A DNA stretch of 64,000 bases from an uncultured Chloroflexia bacterium (GTDB lineage Bacteria > Chloroflexota > Anaerolineae > B4-G1 > SLSP01). Position numbers and translations under genes: made by a program. This document shows, piece by piece, positions 39,445 through 48,845 of this stretch; position 1 is the stretch's first letter; every line of letters begins with the position of its first letter. The notes under the pieces were generated by a model. The model had not been told where the DNA came from. It saw nothing but the letters and a program-made list of their open reading frames with translations, and made no database searches. The stretch lies in contig CAVVUS010000047.1 in the NCBI GenBank assembly GCA_963751345.1, positions 32,001-96,000 on the forward strand, in the 5' to 3' direction.

Positions 39445-40403
39445 TGTTTTGCCCCATTTCTGTCTTGGATGGCAAAGTAGACATCCTCCAAGGTGGGTTC
39501 GACGGGGCTCACACGGTAGATCCGCGTCCCGGCAGCGACCAGGGCGGCAACCAGGTCAGGGATTGTCTCTGACGTGGGCAACCACACCGTCGCCACGTGG
39601 TCCGCCTCACTCCAGGTCATCTCGCGAGCTTCCGGCGGGAGGCTTGGGTCTGCCAGCGCGCCCGCCGGCGGCTGTGAGGCCGTCGCGATCTGCAGCCGCA
39701 CGCCCTTCTGCAAGTCGCGTGCCAGGGCCTCCGGCGTCCCCAGGGCGACCAGGCGGCCGTGGTCCATCACGCCCACACGGTCGCAGAGCTTCTGGGCTTC
39801 CACCAGGTCGTGCGTGCAGAGGAAGACCGTTCGCCCATCCCCACGGCTGAACTGTCTGATTAGTTCGTGGACATCGCGCTGCCCCACCGGATCCAGGCTC
39901 GCGGTGGGCTCGTCCAGGAAGAGCAACTGGGGATCGTGGACCAGCGTCCTGGTGAGGGCCAGGCGCTGGCGCATGCCCTTGCTGTAGCCACCCACCGGCT
40001 CGTCGGCCCGCTCGCCGAGCCCGAACTCGTCCAGGAGCTGGGGCACGCGATCGGCAAGAGTGTCGTCGCCCACGCCGTATAGCTCTCCGTAGATCGTCAG
40101 CATCTCCCTCGCCGTCAGCCTGTCGTCGAGCGAGGGGGACTCGGTCAGCACGCCGGTCTGCCGCCGCAGCGCAGGACCGTCGGTCAGCGGGTCGAGACCC
40201 AGGACGTCGATGGACCCGGCGGAAGGTCCCAGGATGCCATTAAGGAGGCGGACAGTGGTGGTCTTGCCGGCACCGTTATGGCCGAGGAAGCCGAAGACCT
40301 CGCCTTTGTCGACCTCCAGCGTGAGGCCGTCGACCGCCAGGACGTCGCCGAACCGGCGTGAAAGGTCGTGAGTCTGGATGATAGATGTGCTGGACAACCC
40401 CAA
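39441..40403 (-). CDS. ABC transporter ATP-binding protein
   Basis: GHNGAGKTT, YSKGMRQR, FLDEPT, PTLEDVY. Confidence 0.93.
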   Translation of the reverse strand: MGLSSTSIIQTHDLSRRFGDVLAVDGLTLEVDKGEVFGFLGHNGAGKTTTVRLLNGILGPSAGSIDVLGLDPLTDGPALRRQTGVLTESPSLDDRLTAREMLTIYGELYGVGDDTLADRVPQLLDEFGLGERADEPVGGYSKGMRQRLALTRTLVHDPQLLFLDEPTASLDPVGQRDVHELIRQFSRGDGRTVFLCTHDLVEAQKLCDRVGVMDHGRLVALGTPEALARDLQKGVRLQIATASQPPAGALADPSLPPEAREMTWSEADHVATVWLPTSETIPDLVAALVAAGTRIYRVSPVEPTLEDVYFAIQDRNGAKQ

Positions 40404-40426
40404 TCCTTTCTACCTGAGCCGGCTTG

Positions 40427-40471
40427 ACCTTCCGGGTTGTGCATCCTTTGGCGTCGGGCAACCCGGAAGGT
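40427..40471. repeat. REP-like palindrome family A
   Basis: ACCTTCCGGGTTG...CAACCCGGAAGGT. Confidence 0.8.
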
Positions 40472-40482
40472 AGCCTAGAGAG

Positions 40483-40713
40483 CTAGAAGATGCTGCGAAT
40501 CATCAGCATGAAGCCGAAGATGATCAAGGGAATCCCCACGACCGCACCGACGATCGTCACGGTCAGTATGACACCCACCACCATCAGCACCAGCCCCAGC
40601 ACGGCTGCGACCAGACGACCGGTCAGCTTCAGGATCCACGCAATGAGATCCCACAGTGCGACGAAGGGCCACAATATCCAGGGTGTACGCTTTCTGTTCT
40701 CTGCCATTTCCAT
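40483..40713 (-). CDS. Small integral membrane protein
   Basis: 76-aa hydrophobic ORF (TIVGAVVGIPLII); GGAGG RBS. Confidence 0.75.
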   Translation of the reverse strand: MEMAENRKRTPWILWPFVALWDLIAWILKLTGRLVAAVLGLVLMVVGVILTVTIVGAVVGIPLIIFGFMLMIRSIF

Positions 40714-40819
40714 CCTCCCGTGAAACGTAATGATCTTACACAGTTACTGCAGAAGATAGTACGTTCAAAGGATCGGCGGAGTTGCACGAACGCGTCGAGT
40801 CTGCAACACCGATCCGCTG

Positions 40820-43213
40820 CTAGTTCGCCATAGGTCGCCCTGTAGGGATGGCTCGGTCGCCGGATACATGCGCCGGCTGCATCTGCGTACGCCAGACCGC
40901 CGTGATCGTCGTGCCCTCTCCGGGGGCGCTGGCAACGTCCAGCGTCGCGCCGATCGCCGCCGACCGTTCGTGCATGATCCGCAGCCCCAGATTGTCCGGC
41001 AAGAGTTGGTCGGGATGAAATCCCACCCCGTCGTCACACACACACAGACGAGCGGTCTCGCCGTCGTAGCGCAACGTCACGTTGACCTGGGTCGCGTTGG
41101 CGTGCTTGGCGATGTTGTTGAGTGCCTCCTGCGCGATCCGGTAGAAGGCAACTTTCACGTTCACCGGAAGCTCGTCGCGGGACTGGGCATCGACCACGAC
41201 CGGCACCCGCGCCCGCCCGACGATGGCCTCGCCGAGTTGGTGGAGCAACTCACCGATGGGCGTGTCGAGCAGTGCCTTTGGCCTCAACTCCAGCAGCAGC
41301 GTCCGCATCTCGGCCAGGGCGCCACGCGTCAGGTCGCGCAGCTCGTCGACCCGATGGTCGGCCTCCTCGGGGTTGACCTTCCACAGCTGTGGCAGGACAT
41401 CGGCAATGATGCTGGCCGAGAAGAGCGTCTGCGTCACCGCATCGTGGAGCTCGCGCGCCAGACGCTGCCGCTCCTCAAGCGTCGCGGCCTGCTGTGCCTG
41501 CTCATACAGGCGGGCGTTCTGAATGGCTGACGCCGCGCGCTGTGCCAGCGCCAGGATCAACCGGACATCCTCCTCGCCGAAGGCATGCGGCTCGCCGTAG
41601 CTGACGTTGAAGACGCCGAAGACCTCATCGTCCAACATGATGGGCACGTGGACGAACGAGCGGATCCCTTCCGGATACGTGATCTGCCAGTCCACGCGCC
41701 GGTCGGCCGTGGTGTCCTGGACGGTGACAGGGTGACCCTCAGCCGCGACCTTGCCGACGAGGCCCTGGCCCGGTGCGTAGGCCAGTCGCTCCAGCGTCTC
41801 CGGGCGGAAGCCTCGTGATGCTCCCGGGTGAAGGTGGGTGTGCGCCTCGTTCCACACCAGCAGCAGGCTCTTGTCGGCCTTTAGCGTATCCACAGCGACG
41901 TCGACGAGCGTTGCCAGCACCCCATCCACATCCAGGTGAAGGTAGAGCTCCTGGTCGGCGTGGTAGAGCGCCTCAACCTGCATCGTCCGCCGGGCCGCCT
42001 CGGAGAAGAGCCGGGCGTTATCGAGCGCGATAGAGGCCAACCGTGCGAAGCCATCGAGCAGCCGCACTTCACGATCCCCGAACTTGCGGCCCGACGCGCC
42101 GGTATAGGCGAGGCCGATGGCGCCGACGATCTGCCCACCGGATTTCAGCGGAACCCCCATCACGGCCTGGATCAGCTTGTCCTGTACGCCCGGTATCGAC
42201 ACCCGGCCCGTCCATGTGCCGTAGTCGTTCACAAGGAGCGGCTGGCCGGTCTCCCAGACGTGACCTGCAAGCCCCTGTCCGCGTTCCAGCGTGAACCCGA
42301 TGGACTGGGCGTAGAATCCCACGCCGACCTTGCGCTCCATCACGTTCTTTGCGGGATTCACCAAGTAGATGTAGCCGTGCTCGGTCCCCAACATCTGAGC
42401 GGCGCGGATGACGACCGCTTCCAGGAGATCGGCCGTATCCAGCCGGTTCATCAGGGCCAGGCTCGTCTCGTGAAGCGCGGCGAGGTACTCGTTGTGTTGG
42501 CGAAGCTCCTCCTCGGCCCTCCGGCGTTCGGTGACCTCGGCCATCAGGAGATGGTATGCCCGTTCGAACTCGCCGCTGACGCTGCGCCTGATGGATACGA
42601 CCAGGAAAACGCCGAAGACCAGTAACAGGGCGCCGATACCGACGGTCAGTGTCTGCGAGGTCCGCTGCAGCTCCAGTGCCTGATCGATGCCTGCGTAGAA
42701 CTCCCGCTCCTTGACGGTGTAGAGTGTCTCCGTCTGGCTATCCAGCAATCCAAGCACGTTGTCCAGTTGATCGGAAGTGGTCCGGAACTGGATCTCGGTC
42801 GGATTGGACGCCAACCGCCCGATCTCGTAGTCGAAGTGATCCAGCAGCATCTCCAGGTTGCGGAGATCACTCGAGACCTGGGGGGTGTTGGAGGACTCCG
42901 CGCGGGCCAGTTCGATCTGTCGTTCAAGGTTGTCACGCAGCGTCCGGAGCGAGGAAAGATCCGGCGACCGATCTCGCAGAACTCGGTTCGTCTCAACGTG
43001 GAGCTCGATGACGTCCCGCTGCACGTTGGCGAGGTTGGTGAGCACATAGGCGGACTGGAAGGAGGCCGCCGTGTTGATGTTGATGTAGGCGAGCACCACG
43101 ACACCGGCGAGCGCGACGACCAGGAGAATCAGGGTCACCGCCAGAATCGTCTGCCCCCGCGACAACAGGGGGCGTACGGCCGAGAGCCGGGATCTTCGTC
43201 GCATCCTTCTCAC
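40820..43213 (-). CDS. Sensor histidine kinase, 2 TM + 2 GAF + HisKA_3/HATPase
   Basis: ERQRLARELHDAVTQ, QEALNNIAKHA, DDGVGF, GLRIMHER. Confidence 0.93.
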   Translation of the reverse strand: MRRMRRRSRLSAVRPLLSRGQTILAVTLILLVVALAGVVVLAYININTAASFQSAYVLTNLANVQRDVIELHVETNRVLRDRSPDLSSLRTLRDNLERQIELARAESSNTPQVSSDLRNLEMLLDHFDYEIGRLASNPTEIQFRTTSDQLDNVLGLLDSQTETLYTVKEREFYAGIDQALELQRTSQTLTVGIGALLLVFGVFLVVSIRRSVSGEFERAYHLLMAEVTERRRAEEELRQHNEYLAALHETSLALMNRLDTADLLEAVVIRAAQMLGTEHGYIYLVNPAKNVMERKVGVGFYAQSIGFTLERGQGLAGHVWETGQPLLVNDYGTWTGRVSIPGVQDKLIQAVMGVPLKSGGQIVGAIGLAYTGASGRKFGDREVRLLDGFARLASIALDNARLFSEAARRTMQVEALYHADQELYLHLDVDGVLATLVDVAVDTLKADKSLLLVWNEAHTHLHPGASRGFRPETLERLAYAPGQGLVGKVAAEGHPVTVQDTTADRRVDWQITYPEGIRSFVHVPIMLDDEVFGVFNVSYGEPHAFGEEDVRLILALAQRAASAIQNARLYEQAQQAATLEERQRLARELHDAVTQTLFSASIIADVLPQLWKVNPEEADHRVDELRDLTRGALAEMRTLLLELRPKALLDTPIGELLHQLGEAIVGRARVPVVVDAQSRDELPVNVKVAFYRIAQEALNNIAKHANATQVNVTLRYDGETARLCVCDDGVGFHPDQLLPDNLGLRIMHERSAAIGATLDVASAPGEGTTITAVWRTQMQPAHVSGDRAIPTGRPMAN

Positions 43214-43318
43214 CTTGAGGTGCCTCGCTGCCTAGTGTACCACGGAACCTCCGCTCGCGTATCTTCTGGAGAGATCCCTGCAACCTTTGCCGGGGTGTCA
43301 CCCGGCCGTCTGATACCA

Positions 43319-43352
43319 GAGCGCGCACGACGGAACTTCGTCGTGCGCGCTC
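43319..43352 (-). terminator. Hairpin downstream of rubrerythrin, probable terminator
   Basis: 14-bp stem GAGCGCGCACGACG/CGTCGTGCGCGCTC; weak U-tract. Confidence 0.5.
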
Positions 43353-43389
43353 CTGGCACCTCAAGCGGTGTAACAACCGTGCTGCAAAG

Positions 43390-43887
43390 TCAGTCGACGC
43401 GCGTATATACCTTGGTGTTGCACACAGGGCAGCGCTCCGGCGGTGTGTCGCCCACGTGAGTATGGCCGCACGTGTTGCACACCCAGTAGGTCAACTCTTT
43501 GGGCTCGTCGCCGTTCTCGATCTGCTGCAACGCCTGCGTGTAGAGTTGCTCGTGCACCTTCTCTACCTCCCAGGCCCACTCAAACGATCGCTCGGCCTTC
43601 GCCTGGTCCTCGGTCTGGGCATCTGCGATGAAGTCCGGATACATCGTCACGACCTCATAGTGCTCTCCTGCAATCGCTGCCTTGAGATTCTCTGCCGTGG
43701 CATTGATCTGGCCCATGGTGCGAAAGTGGGTGTGTGCATGGATCGTCTCAGCGGCCGCGACGGCGCGGAAGAGACGTGCGATGCCCGGATGCCCCTCACG
43801 GTCGGCCTGTTTGGCCCACGCCAGATACTTGCGGTTTGCCTGAGACTCGCCTGCGAAAGCGGCCTGAAGATCCTCTGTCGTTTTCAC
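43390..43887 (-). CDS. rbr: Rubrerythrin
   Basis: AFAGESQANRKY, ETIH, GEHYE, EKVH, rubredoxin-like CNTC...CPVC. Confidence 0.95.
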   Translation of the reverse strand: MKTTEDLQAAFAGESQANRKYLAWAKQADREGHPGIARLFRAVAAAETIHAHTHFRTMGQINATAENLKAAIAGEHYEVVTMYPDFIADAQTEDQAKAERSFEWAWEVEKVHEQLYTQALQQIENGDEPKELTYWVCNTCGHTHVGDTPPERCPVCNTKVYTRVD

Positions 43888-44092
43888 GCATAACCTCCTC
43901 TTCGGTAGAATGAAATGGACACGGTAACACCCCTATCCTATGCGATACAGCGCATGTGTCAATTCGTTGATGTATTCGCTTGACCGTTTGCCATCGTGCG
44001 TATAATAGCATGCCGAAGGCCACTGTTTGTTATGCAGACAGTGGCTCTTTTGCAGCCTTAATGTCGGCGATTATTCACACAGGAGATAGGAG

Positions 44093-46426
44093 ATGAACAT
44101 TCTTGGATTGGCCAGGCATGGCCTCGATAACTTCGAGCAGCTTGCCATTATGGGCGTTGTGGTCGTCGCGGCGATCAGCCTGGTATACGCATGGCTGTTG
44201 CGTGGGAGGGTTCTGGACAAAGACAAAGGCACGGCAAAGATGCAGGAAGTGTGGAATGCTATCCGCATCGGCGCCAATAGCTACCTCAAGCGACAGCTGA
44301 ACAGCATTCTGCCACTGGTCGGCGTGCTGGCCGTGGTGCTTTTCCTCAGCGTCTACATTGTGCCTCCTACGGCTGAGGCGACCCAGGAGTTTGGGCAGAA
44401 CGCACATATTGTCGTCGCGATCGGCCGCGGTGTCGCCTTCATCATGGGAGCCTCGTTCTCGCTCCTGGTCGGTCAACTCGGGATGAGGATGGCCATCCAG
44501 GCGAATGTGAGGGCAGCCTCGGCTGCGCGGCGCAGCTTCAATGAGGCACTGACGATCGCTTACTATGCAGGCACGATCACGGGGATGCTCACGGATGGTC
44601 TGGGCCTGTTCGGCGGCACGATGATCTTCATCATTTTCGGCAAGGCTGCGCCCGATGTACTGTTGGGCTTCGGCGTCGGCGGCACACTGCTGGCGCTCTT
44701 CATGCGCGTCGGTGGCGGTATTTTCACCAAGGCGGCCGACGTTGGAGCCGACCTGGTGGGCAAGGTTGAGAGGGACATCCCCGAGGATGACCCGCGCAAT
44801 GCGGCGGTCATCGCCGACCTGGTCGGCGACAACGTGGGCGACTGCGCCGGGATGGCTGCGGATATCTTCGAGAGCTACGAGGTCACGATTGTCTCGGCTC
44901 TGATCCTGGGCCTGGCGTTGATCGCGCTCGACCCGAGCCACAGCCTGAAGTGGATTGTGTACCCGCTCATCATCCGCGCCATCGGCGTCATCAGCTCGAT
45001 CTTCGGCACGTTCACCGTGCCGGTTTGGCAGAACTTCCCCTTGAAGTTCCTCCGCGCGCACGACGCCGAGGAAGCGATGTTCCGCTCGTACGAGGTATCC
45101 AGCGTCAACACGATAGTCTTCTCGTTCGTGGTAGCGATCCTGTACGCGGGTGATTGGAAGCTGGCGGCCTTGACCACGGTCGGCGTGGGGTTGGCCATCG
45201 TGTTCAATCCCCTGACCTCGTATTTCACCTCGACCAAGCACGAAGCGGTCAAGGAGATCGTCAAGTCCACACGGACCGGCGCCGCTACCACGATTCTAAC
45301 AGGCCTGGCGGTCGGGATGGAGTCCAGTGTGTGGGCGGTCGTGGCGATCGTCGTCAGTTTTGTGTTCGCCCTGATGCTGTATGGGGGGTATGCCAGCCTG
45401 ACCTACGTCCTGTACGCCATATCGATGATCGGCATCGGCATGTTGAGCCACACCGGGAACAACGTGGCGATGGACTCCTATGGGCCGATTTCCGATAACG
45501 CGAATGGCATCGGCGAGATGGCCTGGCACGGCATGGAAGATGAAGAGACACTCAAGGCGCGCCAGATTCTGGCCGACCTGGATGCGGTGGGTAACACGAC
45601 CAAGGCTATCACGAAGGGCATCGCCATCGCCTCTGCAGTGATTGCCGCCGTCAGCCTATTCGCCTCGTTCATCACCGACGTCGAGCTCGTGCAGGTACAG
45701 CTCGGTGTCGACCTGGCCGATAGGCTGGAAGCGATCCGCGTGTCAAACATTCGGGTCTTTATCGGCCTGCTGTTGGGCGGCGCACTGCCCTGGTTGTTCA
45801 GCTCGCTCTCGATCCGCGCGGTGAGCCGTGCAGCCAGCCTGATCGTCGAAGAGGTCCGTCGCCAGTTCCGTATCCCCGGTTTGATGGAGGGGAAAGTGTT
45901 GCCTGATTACGCCCGCGCTGTGGGCATCTCGACGGTTGCGGCACAAAAAGAGCTGATCCCGCTGGCTACGATTGCGGTCGTCGTGCCCATCGTGGTCGGT
46001 CTGGTTCTGCAGGTAGAGGCTCTGGGCGGTTTCCTTGCGGGCATCATCCTCAGTGGTCAGATGCTCGCGGTCTTTATGGCCAACGGTGGCGGCGCGTGGG
46101 ACAACGCCAAGAAGGTAATCGAGGACGAGCCGCGCGACGTGGCCGGTAATACCGGTAAGGGCTCGGAGCGGCACAAGGCGAGTGTCGTGGGTGACACGGT
46201 GGGTGATCCGCTCAAGGACACCGCCGGCCCGGCACTGAACCCGATGATCAAGGTGGTGAACCTGGTCAGCCTGATCGTGGCGCCGATCATCGTCGAGTAT
46301 GATAAGGGCTCGGGAATAGTACTCTACATCGTGGTCGCTGTCCTGTTGGCTTCAGTGGTATGGGCCATCGCGCGGAGCAAGCGCGAAGTGGTCATGCCGG
46401 GCGAGGAACAAGAGGCGTCGGTCTGA
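44093..46426 (+). CDS. hppA: Membrane-bound pyrophosphatase, K+-independent H+-translocating type
   Basis: GGGIFTKAADVGADLVGKVE, EDDPRN, DNVGD, GNTTKA (Lys determinant), GGAWDNAKK, GDTVGDPLKD. Confidence 0.95.
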   Translation: MNILGLARHGLDNFEQLAIMGVVVVAAISLVYAWLLRGRVLDKDKGTAKMQEVWNAIRIGANSYLKRQLNSILPLVGVLAVVLFLSVYIVPPTAEATQEFGQNAHIVVAIGRGVAFIMGASFSLLVGQLGMRMAIQANVRAASAARRSFNEALTIAYYAGTITGMLTDGLGLFGGTMIFIIFGKAAPDVLLGFGVGGTLLALFMRVGGGIFTKAADVGADLVGKVERDIPEDDPRNAAVIADLVGDNVGDCAGMAADIFESYEVTIVSALILGLALIALDPSHSLKWIVYPLIIRAIGVISSIFGTFTVPVWQNFPLKFLRAHDAEEAMFRSYEVSSVNTIVFSFVVAILYAGDWKLAALTTVGVGLAIVFNPLTSYFTSTKHEAVKEIVKSTRTGAATTILTGLAVGMESSVWAVVAIVVSFVFALMLYGGYASLTYVLYAISMIGIGMLSHTGNNVAMDSYGPISDNANGIGEMAWHGMEDEETLKARQILADLDAVGNTTKAITKGIAIASAVIAAVSLFASFITDVELVQVQLGVDLADRLEAIRVSNIRVFIGLLLGGALPWLFSSLSIRAVSRAASLIVEEVRRQFRIPGLMEGKVLPDYARAVGISTVAAQKELIPLATIAVVVPIVVGLVLQVEALGGFLAGIILSGQMLAVFMANGGGAWDNAKKVIEDEPRDVAGNTGKGSERHKASVVGDTVGDPLKDTAGPALNPMIKVVNLVSLIVAPIIVEYDKGSGIVLYIVVAVLLASVVWAIARSKREVVMPGEEQEASV

Positions 46427-46454
46427 CGGCCGACATCCATCAGGTAGGGTGTGT

Positions 46455-46490
46455 AACGCGCAGGTTGGCTTCCCGGCCAACCTGCGCGTT
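46455..46490. terminator. Hairpin between convergent genes (terminator or REP-like)
   Basis: AACGCGCAGGTTGGC-ttcccg-GCCAACCTGCGCGTT. Confidence 0.65.
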
Positions 46491-46548
46491 TGCTTAGCGG
46501 CGTCTCGCCAGTGCGAGTTGCCGGCACCCAGGGCGCTTGCTGCCTTAC

Positions 46549-47181
46549 TTACCTGCGCACGTTCCGCAGCAGAATGTAGCCGCCCACCAGGATCAAGGCC
46601 ACCGGCCAGATCAGGTTCGCATAGGGCGTGGCAATCCCGAGGAAGATCACGCCCATCAGGCCCAGGATAGCCGCGGGGATGAGCGCCCACTCCATATGGC
46701 TGTCGGGAGTCCGGAGGAGATAGACCAGGGCGAAGGTGAGCCCCATGCCCCCGAAGAAGATCCCAACGAAGGCGTCCTCGCCTATCAGTGGCTGCAGACC
46801 GAGCGCCACGGCCAGCGCGATCAGAACCCCTCCGGGGATGATGCTCCACCACTGCTCTCGCGACGTGATCAGGTAGACGATCCAGAAACTGAGGCCGATG
46901 GCGCCCAGGAAAACCCCTGCCCCGAGATCGCCGCCGGCGACCGGGAAGAGCGTTGAGAGCCCGATGAGGCCCGCAATCCCGAGCAGCGACATCGCCGGGA
47001 TGACCGCCCACCATCGCTCCCGATCCTCGATGACCATGTAGCCGAAGACCAGGCCTGCGGCCGCGAAGAGGAACGCCCAGGCGCCGCCCAGGCTGATGAT
47101 GGTCAAGCTCTCGAGCAGAAAGAGCAGACCGACAAGAATGAGCAGCAGTCCCCACAACACACGTGAGCGTAGTAGTCTCAT
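46549..47181 (-). CDS. Multi-pass membrane protein, LiaF/DUF5668-like
   Basis: WGLLLILVGLLFLL, repeated WWA.IP motifs, IWPVALILVG. Confidence 0.75.
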   Translation of the reverse strand: MRLLRSRVLWGLLLILVGLLFLLESLTIISLGGAWAFLFAAAGLVFGYMVIEDRERWWAVIPAMSLLGIAGLIGLSTLFPVAGGDLGAGVFLGAIGLSFWIVYLITSREQWWSIIPGGVLIALAVALGLQPLIGEDAFVGIFFGGMGLTFALVYLLRTPDSHMEWALIPAAILGLMGVIFLGIATPYANLIWPVALILVGGYILLRNVRR

Positions 47182-47224
47182 CGTATTACCTCCTGAAATC
47201 TAGTAGATGGTTGGCCCCGCCAGG

Positions 47225-48025
47225 CTAGCGAACATCGACCGATCCGAGACCCATCTCGAACTGCAGGTCGATCCGATTCTCGGCGGTCTCGTAATCGGGA
47301 GATTGATAGACGCCGCCCTCGCGAGGGAAGCGCCGATGGTTGACGGTGAAACTAGCGAGCCCCCCGTGGGTGTGGATGCGGGCTGCCACGCCCTCGGGCA
47401 CCCGGAAAACGACCGAGGCGGCACCACTGGACCCGCTGACCTCTGTGTGACCTGCGCGTGCCGGGAGTGTGACCTCGGTTGAGCTGGCGCCGGACTCGAG
47501 GTGTAGTCGGGTGACCCTGAGGGTCTCCAGGTCCAAGTGACAGTCGCTTGCGCCGGTCTTCACCACTAACTCGAGGGGCACTTGATCGGTGAGGCGGACC
47601 GTCCAGCGTCGCCGGATGGCGGGACTCCACTGCCACGGCCAATAGATGGCGCTGCGCGACGAGAGGCGAACGCGTGTCGGCCCATCGCCCCGCCGCACGT
47701 TCTCTTCCAGGCCGCCCTCGAAGAGGCCGCTGAGGAGGTTGGCCTCCGGTGCGCCGCCGGTCACGTGCAGCTCGCCCGCGCCGTAGTTGAGTTCGATGTT
47801 CGCCTTGGTGGAGCCCTCCAGGTCGACGGCGAACTCCCGGCTCTCGCCCACATACCTGCCACCCCGACTGCCCAGCAAGAACCCCACACCTATCCCAATC
47901 AGGGCCAACGGCCAGAAGATCTGCCACACGCTGATCCCCAGGAAATCGAGGTATCCGAGGTTCTGCAGCAACAGCAGCACCCCGAAGACCACCACGATGA
48001 GTCCCCAAGTCGCACTCCGTCGCAT
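47225..48025 (-). CDS. LiaF/DUF5668 N-terminus plus adhesin-like (toast-rack) beta domain protein
   Basis: GVLLLLQNLG...FWPLALIGIG, followed by beta-helix-like GAS repeats. Confidence 0.75.
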   Translation of the reverse strand: MRRSATWGLIVVVFGVLLLLQNLGYLDFLGISVWQIFWPLALIGIGVGFLLGSRGGRYVGESREFAVDLEGSTKANIELNYGAGELHVTGGAPEANLLSGLFEGGLEENVRRGDGPTRVRLSSRSAIYWPWQWSPAIRRRWTVRLTDQVPLELVVKTGASDCHLDLETLRVTRLHLESGASSTEVTLPARAGHTEVSGSSGAASVVFRVPEGVAARIHTHGGLASFTVNHRRFPREGGVYQSPDYETAENRIDLQFEMGLGSVDVR

Positions 48026-48074
48026 AGTACGCCTCCTGCTTCCTCGCTGCGATGATGTTTCGGATGGTCCGGAT

Positions 48075-48599
48075 CTAGCGGCGGCGATCGAGGACCGCGC
48101 GGATGAACATGAAGACGCCAAGGGCGATCAGCAGCACGGGAAGGTAGAATCCGAAGGGGAAGTAGCCGAACATGCTGCCCATCAACGAGCCGAAGATCAG
48201 GAAGAGGACAGCGCTGACGAGCACGGTCTGGAGGCCGTCGACGATCTCCCGTCTGTTCCATTTCACCAGCCCGGCAAGAAAGATGCCGATGCCGACGAAC
48301 CCAGGGATCAGCGTCCACAGATAGGCCCAGCTCTCCCACGTGATCAGCCCCGCATTCTGGAAGTAGAGAATGCCGCCGATGCCCCCTACAATGCACGCCG
48401 GGATGAACATCTCAGCGGTGCCGGTGAGGGCGCCTATGAGGAGGAGACCGAGCCCTCCCAGCATGATCCAGACCGGCCACGCGAACTCCTGGCCGGCCCA
48501 CATTCGCAGTGAGGGGACCAATTGGAAGGCCAGAAAACCCAACCCGATCAGAATGAGTATGATGCCCGACGTGACGTTCTTGCGTTTGGTGCTCGACAT
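48075..48599 (-). CDS. Membrane protein, LiaI/LiaF-like
   Basis: GIILILIGLGFL, WAYLWTLIPGFVG, PVLLIALG. Confidence 0.72.
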   Translation of the reverse strand: MSSTKRKNVTSGIILILIGLGFLAFQLVPSLRMWAGQEFAWPVWIMLGGLGLLLIGALTGTAEMFIPACIVGGIGGILYFQNAGLITWESWAYLWTLIPGFVGIGIFLAGLVKWNRREIVDGLQTVLVSAVLFLIFGSLMGSMFGYFPFGFYLPVLLIALGVFMFIRAVLDRRR

Positions 48600-48681
48600 A
48601 GCCTATTCCTTTCCGTGATTGCGGTTGATCGTGGGCCCCAGGCACACCATAGGGAAGTGGTCTGACGGCTCTCCTACATGT

Positions 48682-48707
48682 TACGGCTGTCGCAAGAATA
48701 GGTTGCA
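48682..48707 (-). promoter_or_regulatory. ECF sigma (SigW/SigM-like) promoter
   Basis: Minus strand TGCAAC-16 nt-CGTA upstream of the Lia-like trio. Confidence 0.6.
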
Positions 48708-48779
48708 CGCCGGAGATATGTCAAGCGGAAGATTCCGGGGGAAAGGGGCCTTCACCGTCTCCGCAAGGGGCACAACGGG

Positions 48780-48808
48780 TTGTAATCCGGACGTGGATGT
48801 GCTATAGT
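48780..48808 (+). promoter_or_regulatory. Sigma70-type promoter for the Trx-VKOR gene
   Basis: TTGTAA-17 nt-TATAGT with TG extension. Confidence 0.55.
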
Positions 48809-48845
48809 CCGCCGCAACGACATTCAATGCCGGAGGCGCTATCGC

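Noticed and set aside
44007-44092. Fluoride or Na+ riboswitch upstream of hppA
   Set aside because: Consensus nucleotides were not recognisable; reported only as an unassigned structured leader.
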